From contig CAWCYD010000003.1 of assembly GCA_963799775.1 (NCBI GenBank), forward strand, positions 128,001-192,000: 64,000 nucleotides of DNA. The letters are read 5' to 3'. Within the stretch, counting starts at the first letter, position 1. Each line of letters begins with the position of its first letter. Under the pieces are notes generated by a model. It saw only the letters and a list, made by a program, of their open reading frames with translations. It searched no databases and was not told the origin of the DNA. Shown here one piece after another: positions 41,551 to 51,035 of the stretch. This DNA is from an uncultured archaeon. GTDB taxonomy: Archaea; Thermoproteota; Nitrososphaeria; Nitrososphaerales; Gagatemarchaeaceae. Position numbers and translations under genes: made by a program.

Positions 41551-41942
41551 AGAAGGTGCTCGGCTACAGCGCAAGGGCGTCTCAACTATTCGAGAATGGC
41601 GAAGGGTTAGCAAAGAAGGGCGAACTCGAAAAGGCTGGCGAGTTCTTCTGGGGAGCAATAGCTTGCTACATCAATGCACTGCGGTTCATGCACACGGGCA
41701 AGGCACATGGTGGACATAAGGAAATGGTCTTGGACGCGAAAAAGATAGCCGCCCAGATCGGAGATACCCCCCTTTTCGAAGCGATTGAAGGCGCTGAGAA
41801 GTTTCACGCAAACTATTATCACAGCTTCATTCCGAAGGATGAGTTTCCCCAGTATTACAAAAAGGCCGAATACGCTTTTCTCGCTTTCCATAGGCTTCTC
41901 GAACAAGAGAAGACTAGGCTCGGTATACCCGCCCAACCGTAA
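41535..41942 (+). CDS. HEPN-superfamily (PaREP1-like) protein
   Basis: GELEKAGEFFWGAI..AEKFHANYY. Confidence 0.75.
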   Translation: MEEAVEKVLGYSARASQLFENGEGLAKKGELEKAGEFFWGAIACYINALRFMHTGKAHGGHKEMVLDAKKIAAQIGDTPLFEAIEGAEKFHANYYHSFIPKDEFPQYYKKAEYAFLAFHRLLEQEKTRLGIPAQP

Positions 41943-42365
41943 CAACAACCCAGCCAAGATTTTGCCTATCAGGCGTGGAGGAAGACGCTGCGATAGTCCC
42001 TCAAAGGCTTGTGCAGCACCTGAGATAAATGCGCCAACCCCATCTGCATGGCGCGTTATCTCAAGGGCTAAGCCCCGATGAGCTCTGTCCCCACTTGGTT
42101 GGGCTGGTGCGACTGAATCCCGTCTCGCTTCACTCAGCAAAGACAGATTCTTGCTCTGTAAGAAACAAACAAAACACAAACCGATGCAAGGTTCGTCATG
42201 CTAAAACCTGAACATCCCGGCGAAGACGCCTGTGGTCGTCCCGGTCAGATACTCCTCGCGAGATGATGGAAGACGAGGCTCGAGGAAGACAGGGGCAAAA
42301 AGCTTCTACCCAAAAGTAGGGAATGCGAATGGTCGCCGCGAGATGACGTGGCTAATGCTGAACTC

Positions 42366-43007
42366 CTAAGATTCCGAATCAAAGTAGGCGTTCCACATCT
42401 CCGCCAGCAGGTGCGCGTTCAGGACGAGCGAAGGGCCGCCTGGCCTTCTCTTCGCAATCGGCTGGGTCACGGCCTTGTAGACCTGCCTCACCTTCCTCGC
42501 CTCGCGGTCGAACTCGGGGATGAGCGTTATCAGGCCCGCACGAACGAAGGCCTTGAGGACGGTACGGTAGAAGTTCGACCGGCTGAGGCGGGCTGGGGCC
42601 ATTCCGCCCCTGTCGAGAGCGTCGGCGAACTCGGCGACCTCTGTCTTCGTGGCTCGCCCCTCTCTCGCCCGGAACCATGCGAGGAAGGCTCGAGAAGCCT
42701 CCCGGGAGGCTCTTGTATGGAACAAGACCGTGCTGACGTCGGCGCCCGCTTCGATCTCCTCCCTGCTCGCCACGAGCAAAAATTTCCCCGTTGGACGAGA
42801 AGGCCTTCTCCGTCTTAAGTTTTCGAGACTTTGAGCAAACGAAAGATCGGGCGTCTGGGCATCAGGCTCCTTTCGTCCAAAGCGACTGAGCACACAGACA
42901 GGAACTGCTCCTGCGATCATAGTCTCCCCAGTCGTAACGTGTCGGCCTAGCTCTTCACACGGATCGCGTGCAGGAGCGCCTCGCGCTCGAGGCGAAGAGG
43001 AGTTCAT
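42366..43007 (-). CDS. Putative wHTH DNA-binding protein (start uncertain)
   Basis: ATKTEVAEF..LSRSNFYRTVLKAFVRAGLI. Confidence 0.55.
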   Translation of the reverse strand: MNSSSPRARGAPARDPCEELGRHVTTGETMIAGAVPVCVLSRFGRKEPDAQTPDLSFAQSLENLRRRRPSRPTGKFLLVASREEIEAGADVSTVLFHTRASREASRAFLAWFRAREGRATKTEVAEFADALDRGGMAPARLSRSNFYRTVLKAFVRAGLITLIPEFDREARKVRQVYKAVTQPIAKRRPGGPSLVLNAHLLAEMWNAYFDSES

Positions 43008-43043
43008 AGCTTCGCCCGGGCAGCCCGTACTCCCAGCCCCTCA

Positions 43044-43650
43044 AAATAGCCTCGATTCCATGCCGACGGTGAATCCCGTCCACCCTGGAGCCCGTAGAGG
43101 GCGTGGAGAAATCTCCACGGCGGGGTCTAGTACCCGTGGAGCGCGTGGAGCTAATGTGGAGTCCTCCTCGCCGACTCTCCCCGCGCCCCGACCGTGGAGA
43201 ATCGAGGAATCCACGGCCTCTCCAGGGCTCTCTCTGCATGACCATCACGTGGAAATCCACGACATCGATGAGTGGGCACCCGCGCATCCCCGGGGAATCG
43301 CCCTGGGCGAGCCGTGCGATCCAGAAGAAATAGTCTGTGGCCACCGTGCGTCGCAATCTGACCTGTCCTGCGCGCCCGAGCGACCTAGCGTGCAATGCTC
43401 CTGCGCGCCCGAGTCTATCAGCCGCGCGACTCGTGCGACCCAAGACGTGTCCGTGCGAGCGACCCGCGCAATGGCGCCCGGCATTGCCCGTGGGAGTTTC
43501 ATTCGCACGGGGACTGCCCTTAGTCGGCCCACTTGGAAATAGCCTCGATTCCTGTGTGGGATACCCTACTCCGCGCGAACGCCTGTGCGGCTCTTGTCTA
43601 GCACGAGCCCTCGTGGGATATGTACGGATAGCGGGGCGATAGTACGGATA
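43044..43650. repeat. Repeat- and hairpin-rich non-coding region (origin-like)
   Basis: 16-bp direct repeat at 43044 and 43537, several GTGGA/TCCAC boxes, 15-bp direct repeat at 43366 and 43399, GTACGGATA twice. Confidence 0.65.
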
Positions 43651-43736
43651 ACTCTGAGATACTTGGCCTTGCCGTCAACGAAGGCCTACCCATGGGTAAT
43701 TAGGGCTCGAACAGGGGAAGGTGCTGGACGACCAGC

Positions 43737-44150
43737 TTGACTTTGACCATTATCATAGCGAAAGGGGAGTTAGACGGAGAGCTGAGTGAGCTCGTTGCGC
43801 TCACTAGGTCCGGACGCCCCTCGGTAATCCTTGCGTGGAAAATCGAGCACACGCGCGGATGGCTTGAACTGGGAGGAGAGCGTACGACGAAGGCGGAGTG
43901 TGATCCCGAGGTCGCAGTGGCGGAGCTAGTCATTCGAGAGGTAATGAGGAGCACAGAAAGGGCTGACAAGGAACGAAAGGAGTTGCTAGATAGCGCCAGA
44001 AAAATGGAAGCGGCCGAGAACGACAGAAAAAAGCGGCTGCAGGCCGAACTCAGAGGAATTGAAGATGCTCAGCGTGGGCGAAGAGAACTAGGAATCTTTC
44101 CAGACGCAAAAGCAAACGCTGGCAATGGTTCTCCAACCCAATCTCCCTGA
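43737..44150 (+). CDS. Hypothetical protein with coiled-coil C-terminus
   Basis: Charged heptad segment; start uncertain. Confidence 0.4.
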   Translation: MTLTIIIAKGELDGELSELVALTRSGRPSVILAWKIEHTRGWLELGGERTTKAECDPEVAVAELVIREVMRSTERADKERKELLDSARKMEAAENDRKKRLQAELRGIEDAQRGRRELGIFPDAKANAGNGSPTQSP

Positions 44151-44342
44151 ATGTCAAGAGTGGCTGGTTAGAGCCAAAGGCCTGCTCCGAGTCTACTGGG
44201 TCGATGCGCTAGCCTTCTCTGATCAAGAAGGCTCAAGGCGAGGTATCTTCGTTTCAGAAGTTCCGACAACCCCTCCGGCCTTGAACCACGCTGGAGGGTG
44301 CAAAATACATATACGAACTGACGGGTTCAACAGCGTACTCCG

Positions 44343-44549
44343 TTGTCTTCGCGCGGCCAGGTCTTCTGCCCTCTCTGCAAGGAGAGGGCTCGGCCCTACA
44401 TGGTCGGCGTATTCCGCGTATGGCGCTGTCCCAACCGGTCGTGCGCCCTGTACGAGACCATGGTCCAGAAGGACGACTCGCGGCACGCGGAGATATCGGT
44501 CTACTGGCTGACGGATGAGGACTTGAAGAAGCTACAGCTCAGGGAGTAG
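44343..44549 (+). CDS. Small Zn-finger protein
   Basis: CPLC...CPNRSC. Confidence 0.5.
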   Translation: MSSRGQVFCPLCKERARPYMVGVFRVWRCPNRSCALYETMVQKDDSRHAEISVYWLTDEDLKKLQLRE

Positions 44550-44922
44550 GCTGACGCGAGTTGGAACTGAGCGCCAGCGCCTGCCCCTGTCAGTGCCATG
44601 CGAGGGTCAGGCCGACGCATCACATCGACGAGCCCTTCGCAAGACCGTGGGGGGACCAGTGCGGCTACTGCGGGTGCATCGCCCGTTGACCTGCCGCGTC
44701 GCGCGTTCGTGGTGGGAAGCCCTTGGTTCGGTAGGCCCCGCTGGACCCGCGAAGACCAGGAAATCGGGTCACGCGCTCGCATACACGATGATCACGTCAG
44801 ACACAGGTCAAGCCTCGGGAGATACACCGGCGGTCGGAATTGCGGCCTAGAGGCGCCCTATCTGCTCGAGGATGGTGCGATCCTTCTCTATCACGAACCT
44901 TGCTAAGGTGACGAAGCCGGAC

Positions 44923-45315
44923 TCACCAGCGTCGGAACTCTCGGATCTCATGCCCCTGTAACCAGCTTTTCACCTCCTCGGGCGTATAAAACCCTTCACG
45001 GATGCCGATGACCACGCGGCCGTTGTACCTCGCCCTCAACTCTTCGCCGTTGGTGATGAGGAAGGTATCGGTCACGGTCCACGCAGTGCGCCTGTTCGCG
45101 CTCCCAAAGGCGTGCTTCTTGATTAGCCCGATGAAGATCACCGCAGCCTTGTCGAAGATGTCGCCGTGCTTGGCCTTCGCCTCCGCCAGGGTGGTCTCAA
45201 TAGCAATCCTTGACTTCACGCTGTGCGCGTCTCCTCTCTTGGCTCTCACCTGTTGCAGGACGATCTTGTTCACCTCGATTATGTCGTCTACAGTCGGATA
45301 GACTATGCCGCCCAA
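44923..45315 (-). CDS. Fic/Doc-family protein
   Basis: DIFDKAA..HAFGSANRRTA (Doc-type Fic motif). Confidence 0.85.
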   Translation of the reverse strand: MGGIVYPTVDDIIEVNKIVLQQVRAKRGDAHSVKSRIAIETTLAEAKAKHGDIFDKAAVIFIGLIKKHAFGSANRRTAWTVTDTFLITNGEELRARYNGRVVIGIREGFYTPEEVKSWLQGHEIREFRRW

Positions 45316-45590
45316 GCCGAACGATTGGTTGGTCTCGAACTATATACGCTAGGATCTGATTGTGGCTTTGGGACGTAATTCGGCAGGTCATAGATGAATT
45401 GTAGTCACGCAACGCAGCGATATGTCTGAATGTATCGTTCCCGTGACTCTCTGCCCAAGAGTTTCTCACCCATTGGCCTAAGGGAGAAGAGATCGATGCT
45501 GATTCCAACCGGGTCCACGAACGGAGGCGTGCTCGTTCAGGGGTCTCGCGGGATCGCGTGACGACTCAGATGGTGCGGCCTGGGGCGCAG

Positions 45591-45959
45591 TCAAAGCCAG
45601 CCCAAGCTCCACTCTGAAAGGTACCTCTCGATGTCGGACCGGTCAGTTACGCGACACTGCTTCATCAGCTTCCGGTTGAGGCGGTTCCTGCGCTCGCGGA
45701 GCTTCGTGTAATTGGGATTTGCCCTCATCGTCGGGGAGGAGTGCTGCGTGAGCCACTTCAGGTCTTTGTCTATCAGGCCCGAGAGATACCGGAGTTCGTC
45801 CTGGGTAAGGCGGGGCCGTCCGGAAGGCGTCCGTGCTTGTTTGGTTCCATTTGAAGGAACCCTTAGGTCACGTTGCCCAGAGGTATTCTCAAATGGTGCC
45901 GTTTGTTCATCGACATATTCGCCCTTGACATCGATTATCACGGCGTCGCCGGAGCTCAT
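45591..45959 (-). CDS. Hypothetical protein
   Basis: Overlaps the stop codon of the ATPase gene. Confidence 0.45.
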   Translation of the reverse strand: MSSGDAVIIDVKGEYVDEQTAPFENTSGQRDLRVPSNGTKQARTPSGRPRLTQDELRYLSGLIDKDLKWLTQHSSPTMRANPNYTKLRERRNRLNRKLMKQCRVTDRSDIERYLSEWSLGWL

Positions 45960-47347
45960 GCCCCCGCCTGCTGGGGAAGCTTCGCCGCCATCGTATCGGA
46001 TGCGGCGTTAGCGTTCATTTCCGGCGTCGCCGCAATATTGGCGGCCTTGCCGCTATCTGCCGCAATCCTAGGCCCCAAATCAATGGCGGCAATGAAGTCC
46101 TGAGGGGAGGCATATTCGCATCGTAGCAGGCTCTCCCATGCCCCCAAAATAATTCTCTCTCGGTCGAGCGTAGCTCCCTTCGAGCCCTCCATCACTTCGT
46201 AGATGTGAGATCCGTGGTACCCTTTCTCTTCTTTTCCCTCCGCGTCAGTCTTCGCTATGAGGACTTGCTTCTCTCGGAGCGAGGCGACGAGCTGCCGGAG
46301 GGTCCGGCTCGAATAGAGGTCGCTCTTACCCTCCTTCCTCGCGGCCTTGACGAGTTCTGGGGCCGTGAGCGGTTGCACCTTCACGGCGAGGTCAAGAAGC
46401 TCCTTCTCCTTGTCGGTCAGGCCGCCTAGTGTCTGGCGGAGATTGCTTCCCGCCTTCTCGAGGACCAACCAAAGGTCATCGATGCTCGCTACGATCTGCT
46501 TTTCGCCATCCGTCTCGATGATAGGCCGCTGCATGAAGTGGAGCTTCGCCGAGGCTTCGATGAGCCTAGAGAGCTTTTCGGTGTCGCGCCTGCTCGAGGG
46601 GCGGTCCTTCGGGATTATCGAGTCAAGGGACTCGGCGAACGGGGTAATGACCCGGAGCCTCTCCGTCTCCTCGAGAATACGCTCCATAGTCCATCGAGCG
46701 GCGCCTTGCTTGAGGAGATAGTCCGTGAACCTGCGTTGCGCTCTCTTCTTGAGCTTCGCCCTGACAACTTGCCCCGTGGTCTTCTCGTCATCGCGGATGT
46801 GCAGGACCGACAGCCTGTTGAGGAGCTCGGGAGGGACCCAGCGGCTTGACGTCAGGAGAAATTGGTCGACTTTGACGCGGCGCTCTACGCTTTCCATGCC
46901 GCCCTCTCCTTTCTTCGGAAAGAGGAGGACGAGTTCGCCTTCGCTGATGAGGAGCTTCATGTTAAACTGACTCGTGCTCTCTTCGTCTCCGGAGGGCCTG
47001 AGCTCCGCAAGGTATAGGGTGTGATAGAGCGCGTCTTCCTTCAGCCATCGGAGAGCGTTCTCCGTCATGTCACTTACTTTCCTCACCCAACCCACCGGCA
47101 TTATCGACGTGACCGCATCGACGAGGGAATTCTTCCCGCCCGAGCTGGCGCCGTCGACCAGGAGACTTTGACGGGCGACCATCTCTAGGATGAGCTGCGC
47201 GACGTTCTCATCCTCTCCCACCAAAAAGTCCTCTTTGGCGTCGGGCTTGCTCGCCGCCTCGAGAAGACGGTCGAGAATGTCCGGAGCCCGCAACCAGACT
47301 AGCGCCTCCCCGCGGGCAGGGTCGAGCTCGTCGGCCATCGAACTCAC
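45956..47347 (-). CDS. AAA+/MCM-like P-loop ATPase with C-terminal wHTH (putative element replication helicase)
   Basis: GASSGGKN (Walker A), LYLAE (Walker B), ELLNR (Arg finger), SRRD (sensor 2), ASIDD. Confidence 0.7.
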   Translation of the reverse strand: MSSMADELDPARGEALVWLRAPDILDRLLEAASKPDAKEDFLVGEDENVAQLILEMVARQSLLVDGASSGGKNSLVDAVTSIMPVGWVRKVSDMTENALRWLKEDALYHTLYLAELRPSGDEESTSQFNMKLLISEGELVLLFPKKGEGGMESVERRVKVDQFLLTSSRWVPPELLNRLSVLHIRDDEKTTGQVVRAKLKKRAQRRFTDYLLKQGAARWTMERILEETERLRVITPFAESLDSIIPKDRPSSRRDTEKLSRLIEASAKLHFMQRPIIETDGEKQIVASIDDLWLVLEKAGSNLRQTLGGLTDKEKELLDLAVKVQPLTAPELVKAARKEGKSDLYSSRTLRQLVASLREKQVLIAKTDAEGKEEKGYHGSHIYEVMEGSKGATLDRERIILGAWESLLRCEYASPQDFIAAIDLGPRIAADSGKAANIAATPEMNANAASDTMAAKLPQQAGA

Positions 47348-47597
47348 GTCAAAACTCCAGGGCCCCTTTGGATTTCACGAGGCAGAACGTGCTCTTTCGT
47401 CGAATGAGCTCGCGAGCCGCAAATCTCGCACGTCGTTTCTACCCTTGACTGGTTGACCGCGTATGCCGTGTCGGTGACGAATCTATCCACGGGACGCAGT
47501 CCAGCTTCGCTGCGAGCTTCACCCGTAGGCTTCACCCCAAGGGTGCCAAAAATGCGTGCCTGGGAAGACGCCAAGAAGCTTGCGGGTTTGCTGATTC

Positions 47598-48013
47598 CTA
47601 CAAAGAGGGCACAAGTCTTCGACAAACGGGTAATTGAAAATCTGCCTGCACTGCCCACACCTCTGCAGGTGCCCAAGTGTAGCCATTCTTGGAACCCTTC
47701 AAAAGGACTCCTTCGGCAACTTCTCTGTAAAGTCGTGCCCAAACCCGTCTTTCCTCGTCGCCTGCCTCGAGCTCTCTGAGCTTCGACAGGAGTTCTCGGT
47801 ATTCTTTCCCAATCTGGCGGATTTTGACCTTCAAAATGAAGTTCTTGTTGTTCTCGTATGTCAAGCCCGGTCTACTTCCATGCTCATATTGCGTTCGACC
47901 TGCATGAGGTGCCACAGCGGGTAACCGAGGCCGTCCGCCAGCTCGAACGACGAGATCTTCGCGAAGTATTTGGACGTTGGGAGCGGAATTGCCCGTTCGT
48001 TTCCCTTCGTCAT
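47598..48013 (-). CDS. Hypothetical protein (probable frameshift near 47868)
   Basis: ATG at 48013 (MTKGNERAIPLPTSKYF...) joins the frame of ORF 47598-47915. Confidence 0.4.
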
Positions 48014-48201
48014 GAGATTCTAGGCTCCGCTTGAATTCGGTTGCGTCCGGCCAAAATTCTGCCTCTGCAGCTCGAGCAGATCAGGACCGGCTCATTGTTG
48101 ACCAGGGCAGTATAGCAATTGCCGACATCGATGATTTCCCGTAGACATCTCGCGCATACTCGTGGAACCTCTTTAGTCGACTGCGAGGTCTGGCTTGACA
48201 T
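48010..48201 (-). CDS. Small Zn-finger protein
   Basis: CARC...CSSC; ATG lies 1 bp after the upstream stop. Confidence 0.55.
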   Translation of the reverse strand: MSSQTSQSTKEVPRVCARCLREIIDVGNCYTALVNNEPVLICSSCRGRILAGRNRIQAEPRIS

Positions 48202-48202
48202 A

Positions 48203-48367
48203 TCAATCACGATCTGTGTAGGAGTGTCGCTTGGTTGAGCGGCCCCATTCAAGGCGGCACTTGCACACTGGACAAACTTTCGGTCGCTGAAGCTTCGGCT
48301 GCCATTCGTAGTCGCAGTTCGGGCAAACCAATATCGTCTTGCGAGCTGTCTTCGATGCGACCTGCAT
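48203..48367 (-). CDS. 54-aa Zn-ribbon protein (absent from the ORF track)
   Basis: MQVASKTARKTILVCPNCDYEWQPKLQRPKVCPVCKCRLEW... Confidence 0.7.
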   Translation of the reverse strand: MQVASKTARKTILVCPNCDYEWQPKLQRPKVCPVCKCRLEWGRSTKRHSYTDRD

Positions 48368-48396
48368 GATTACCTCCACCGAAGAGGAGGTTTTAT

Positions 48397-48419
48397 TACC
48401 TGTCTAAACTGTACAGGTA
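48397..48419. promoter_or_regulatory. Inverted repeat in divergent promoter region
   Basis: TACCTGT-N9-ACAGGTA flanked by AT-rich TATA-like runs on both sides. Confidence 0.45.
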
Positions 48420-48433
48420 TAATATAGGCATAC

Positions 48434-49231
48434 ATGTCAAACAAGCCTAAATTGACACCTGTGCGAAAAGAGGGCATCGCGGACAGCGTAAGGATGGAAA
48501 CCCTCAAAGTTCTGGCAGAGGAAGGTGAAGTCTTTCAAAGCAAACTGATTAGCGCTGTGGCGAACCGGTTGGTCCTGGATCCAAACACCACAAGCGGGCT
48601 CGTCAGGAAATTCCTGGATAAGCAGAAGGGCGACCTCGTCAAGATTTCCAAATCGGCAAAAACGGGTTTTTTGGAAGGTCCGAGGAGGAAGTACTGGGAG
48701 CTAACAACTAATGGCATAGGATATCTGTATGGGGAAACACACGATCTCGCGGAACTTTCGAAAGTCATAACGAAGCTGCAGCCGCCGGAGTACGGAGGGA
48801 TGCTGGCAATCTACGAGACAATCGCAAGTAGCAAGAAGCTCTGCAAGGAAGTCGAACTCGACCTGAACATGTACTATGACGGACTAGCGAAGTCCGCTGA
48901 ATATCATAATATTGGCAAAAGACTTCAACGCGGACTACAAATCAAGGTCGACGTTGGGATTACGTACGACATAGGCGGAATCTTAATTGCATCTGTCATG
49001 CAGCACTTAGCCCAAGACAAGGATTTGAGAAGCGAGGTTGGGTATGTTAGGATCTCCAAAGTCTGCGAGTTTGCGGCTGCGCTTGCTCGGGATCAAGAAC
49101 AGAATCTAAAATCCTTCAAAAGCGTGATAAGAGTCATGAGAGGTTCAATGGAGTCACCCTCAAAAGTGCAGAATTCACGTTCCTTGTCCAGTCGTACAAA
49201 AGTGCCTCAGCCATCGAACGCCTCGGTCTAA
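48434..49231 (+). CDS. wHTH-domain protein (putative element repressor)
   Basis: TLKVLAEEGEVFQSKL..KYWELTTNG; divergent from the replication operon. Confidence 0.6.
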   Translation: MSNKPKLTPVRKEGIADSVRMETLKVLAEEGEVFQSKLISAVANRLVLDPNTTSGLVRKFLDKQKGDLVKISKSAKTGFLEGPRRKYWELTTNGIGYLYGETHDLAELSKVITKLQPPEYGGMLAIYETIASSKKLCKEVELDLNMYYDGLAKSAEYHNIGKRLQRGLQIKVDVGITYDIGGILIASVMQHLAQDKDLRSEVGYVRISKVCEFAAALARDQEQNLKSFKSVIRVMRGSMESPSKVQNSRSLSSRTKVPQPSNASV

Positions 49232-49317
49232 TCGAAGCATCGGGGGCTGAGCTATTTTTCACGAGGACTACCTCTTTGACGATAATTCAGCAAGAAAAAC
49301 GTTGACTGGGCTAATTT

Positions 49318-50694
49318 CTATCCGACTTCAGTTCTTCCGGTCTGATACGGGGCATTTCTGGGTCGACTTGCAAACCCTCTCCGATCAGCTTCCGTATCGC
49401 AGGATGACTCAAGAGGACAGTTCAATGCCTCGTCGTTCGCTCGCCTCTCCTCGCGCTCGGTCTGACTCGAGCGTTCCATGTCCGTGAGCCTCTGCTTGGT
49501 TTCGAGCAGCTCGATCCTCGTGTCCCGCAGCTTGACATCCTGCTCATCCTCTATCTTCTCGAGCTTCTGACTAAGCTGAGCTTCAGACCTGTAGGCCTCA
49601 CCGATGCTCAAGTACGGCATGGCTCTCAAGTATTGCTCTATAGCAGGCTTCGGGATGTGGCGATCATAATGTTCTTTGGTCCCCGTCGAATGTCCGATAA
49701 GTTTCTCGACGTACTCCTCGGCGATGTGGTCTTTGGAGACATTATCAAAGAACTTCCTCAATCCATGGCACGCCTGTACCTCGAAGCGCTTCGCTGACCC
49801 CTTCTGCCTCAGGCCGGCCTTCCAGCAAAGCCGGGTCACGTCGTTCCTTATCCCTGTGACGCTGTATCTCGTTTGCTTTCCCACAGCCCATCTCCGGGTT
49901 ACGATGAGAGGTGATTCCTCGGTGACTTTCTCGCCCTTTGCTCTCCGAGTTCCCAGGTACTCTTGGAACTTCAAAAAAGCTTCCTTCGAAATCAGCGTTT
50001 CGTACTCGTCGTCACCTTCGTCCGCGTACACAGTCACCTGTGCGCAGGCAAGATTCCCCTTAATCATGACGGGCTTGACATGCCCGACGTTGAGAAACTC
50101 AAAGGCTCCGACCCTCATCCCGGACGAGGCCATGAACAGGATTGCCACCTGCAGGTGGAGGGAAGCGACGGCCAGAAGTTTCTGGATCTCCTCGAACTTG
50201 TACTCTCTGTCCTTGCTCCTCTTCTCCGCGGGGAGCAGTCGCATCATCTTCTTCCACGGTATGGCGACCTCGTTCATCTCGAGGGCGAGCTTTATCGGTG
50301 TGAGGCGCCTCCTCACTTCAGCCGGGCCGAGCTCTCCCTTTGCGACCTTTTCGTTGAGCATGCGGATGAAGCGAAGGACGTCCACCTTCGCTTTCGTTGG
50401 GTCATTCACCGAGGCCTGGATCAGCTTGTACATCCCGTTGGTGGTTTCGGCTCTGGTCTGGTTAGCCAGATAGTCTGGGCCTCGGGTGTGGTGTATCTTC
50501 TTCGGGTCGGCGTATCCCGCGAACTCGAGGAACCAGCGCGAGTCCCGGAAGTAGTCCTGCTTCGTCCACCTGCTCTTGACGGACTCCCAAGGAAGTATCA
50601 AGGCCTCGTGCTGGGCGTCGCTGGGCATCGCCATAGCTACGGTCGAGGGTTCGAGTCGAGGGACTCCTGCGCCTATTGTCTCCTGGCCTGTCAT
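49318..50694 (-). CDS. int: Tyrosine recombinase/integrase (C-terminus probably affected by a frameshift)
   Basis: SSGMRVG (Arg), HGLRKFF (HxxR), LIGH and EHY (Tyr). Confidence 0.93.
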   Translation of the reverse strand: MTGQETIGAGVPRLEPSTVAMAMPSDAQHEALILPWESVKSRWTKQDYFRDSRWFLEFAGYADPKKIHHTRGPDYLANQTRAETTNGMYKLIQASVNDPTKAKVDVLRFIRMLNEKVAKGELGPAEVRRRLTPIKLALEMNEVAIPWKKMMRLLPAEKRSKDREYKFEEIQKLLAVASLHLQVAILFMASSGMRVGAFEFLNVGHVKPVMIKGNLACAQVTVYADEGDDEYETLISKEAFLKFQEYLGTRRAKGEKVTEESPLIVTRRWAVGKQTRYSVTGIRNDVTRLCWKAGLRQKGSAKRFEVQACHGLRKFFDNVSKDHIAEEYVEKLIGHSTGTKEHYDRHIPKPAIEQYLRAMPYLSIGEAYRSEAQLSQKLEKIEDEQDVKLRDTRIELLETKQRLTDMERSSQTEREERRANDEALNCPLESSCDTEADRRGFASRPRNAPYQTGRTEVG

Positions 50695-50736
50695 TGCTTC
50701 CGTCTCCCTGAATTTGGGTAGAAGTATTTAGTCATG

Positions 50737-50761
50737 AATGAAGCGGCGTCGGGCCGACTCG
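50737..50761. repeat. att direct repeat overlapping the tRNA-Asn 3' end
   Basis: Identical to 33097-33121. Confidence 0.93.
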
Positions 50762-50865
50762 AACGGCCGACCAACTGGTTAACAGCCAGTTGCTTTTGGT
50801 AAGCTCTTCATTAGAGTTCTACCATGCCCCCCGGCATTTTTTGGATGCCTCTGAGCTACGACGCC
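50744..50865 (-). tRNA. tRNA-Asn(GTT) with two D-arm introns (about 25 nt at 15/16-16/17; 24 nt at 22/23)
   Basis: GGCGTCG/CGACGCC-G acceptor, ACTGG-CTGTTAA-CCAGT anticodon arm, GGCCG-TTCGAGT-CGGCC T-arm; BHB-like helix TGGT/ACCA. Confidence 0.88.
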
Positions 50866-51035
50866 AGATATCGAACCTGCCTCCGATGCGAACGCTATAT
50901 GAAATTAACTAGTCTACATGACTGAGACCTCCTTCGGGCGGGGAGGGCATTGTGCAACCTTCCGGGTCCCTTGTAATTTCGGGAGGCCACTCTGGTGAGG
51001 ATAATCCTAACAGTAACCGTATATCTCAGCGATGA

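Larger units (their letters stand above)
40933..45380. repeat. 17-bp direct repeat pair inside the element
   Basis: GGCTTTGGGACGTAATT at 40933-40949 and 45364-45380, both intergenic. Confidence 0.75.
33097..50761. mobile_element. 17.6-kb integrative element inserted at the 3' end of tRNA-Asn
   Basis: 25-bp direct repeat at both ends, integrase next to the tRNA, replication and defence cargo. Confidence 0.92.

Noticed and set aside
42070-42170. Hammerhead ribozyme (CCGATGAG...GAAAC)
   Set aside because: The core is CCGATGA rather than CTGATGA and I could not build the three stems.
43044-43650. CRISPR array
   Set aside because: The repeats are 5-16 bp and irregularly spaced, with no constant repeat-spacer period and no cas genes.
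49676-50721. Long plus-strand ORFs antisense to the integrase (and similar shadows over metY, metX, the tubulin-like gene, top6 and rio1)
   Set aside because: These are shadow ORFs expected in high-GC DNA; they show no protein motifs.
33097-50761. Provirus or conjugative element
   Set aside because: No capsid, terminase/packaging ATPase, VirB4/VirD4 or relaxase was recognisable.
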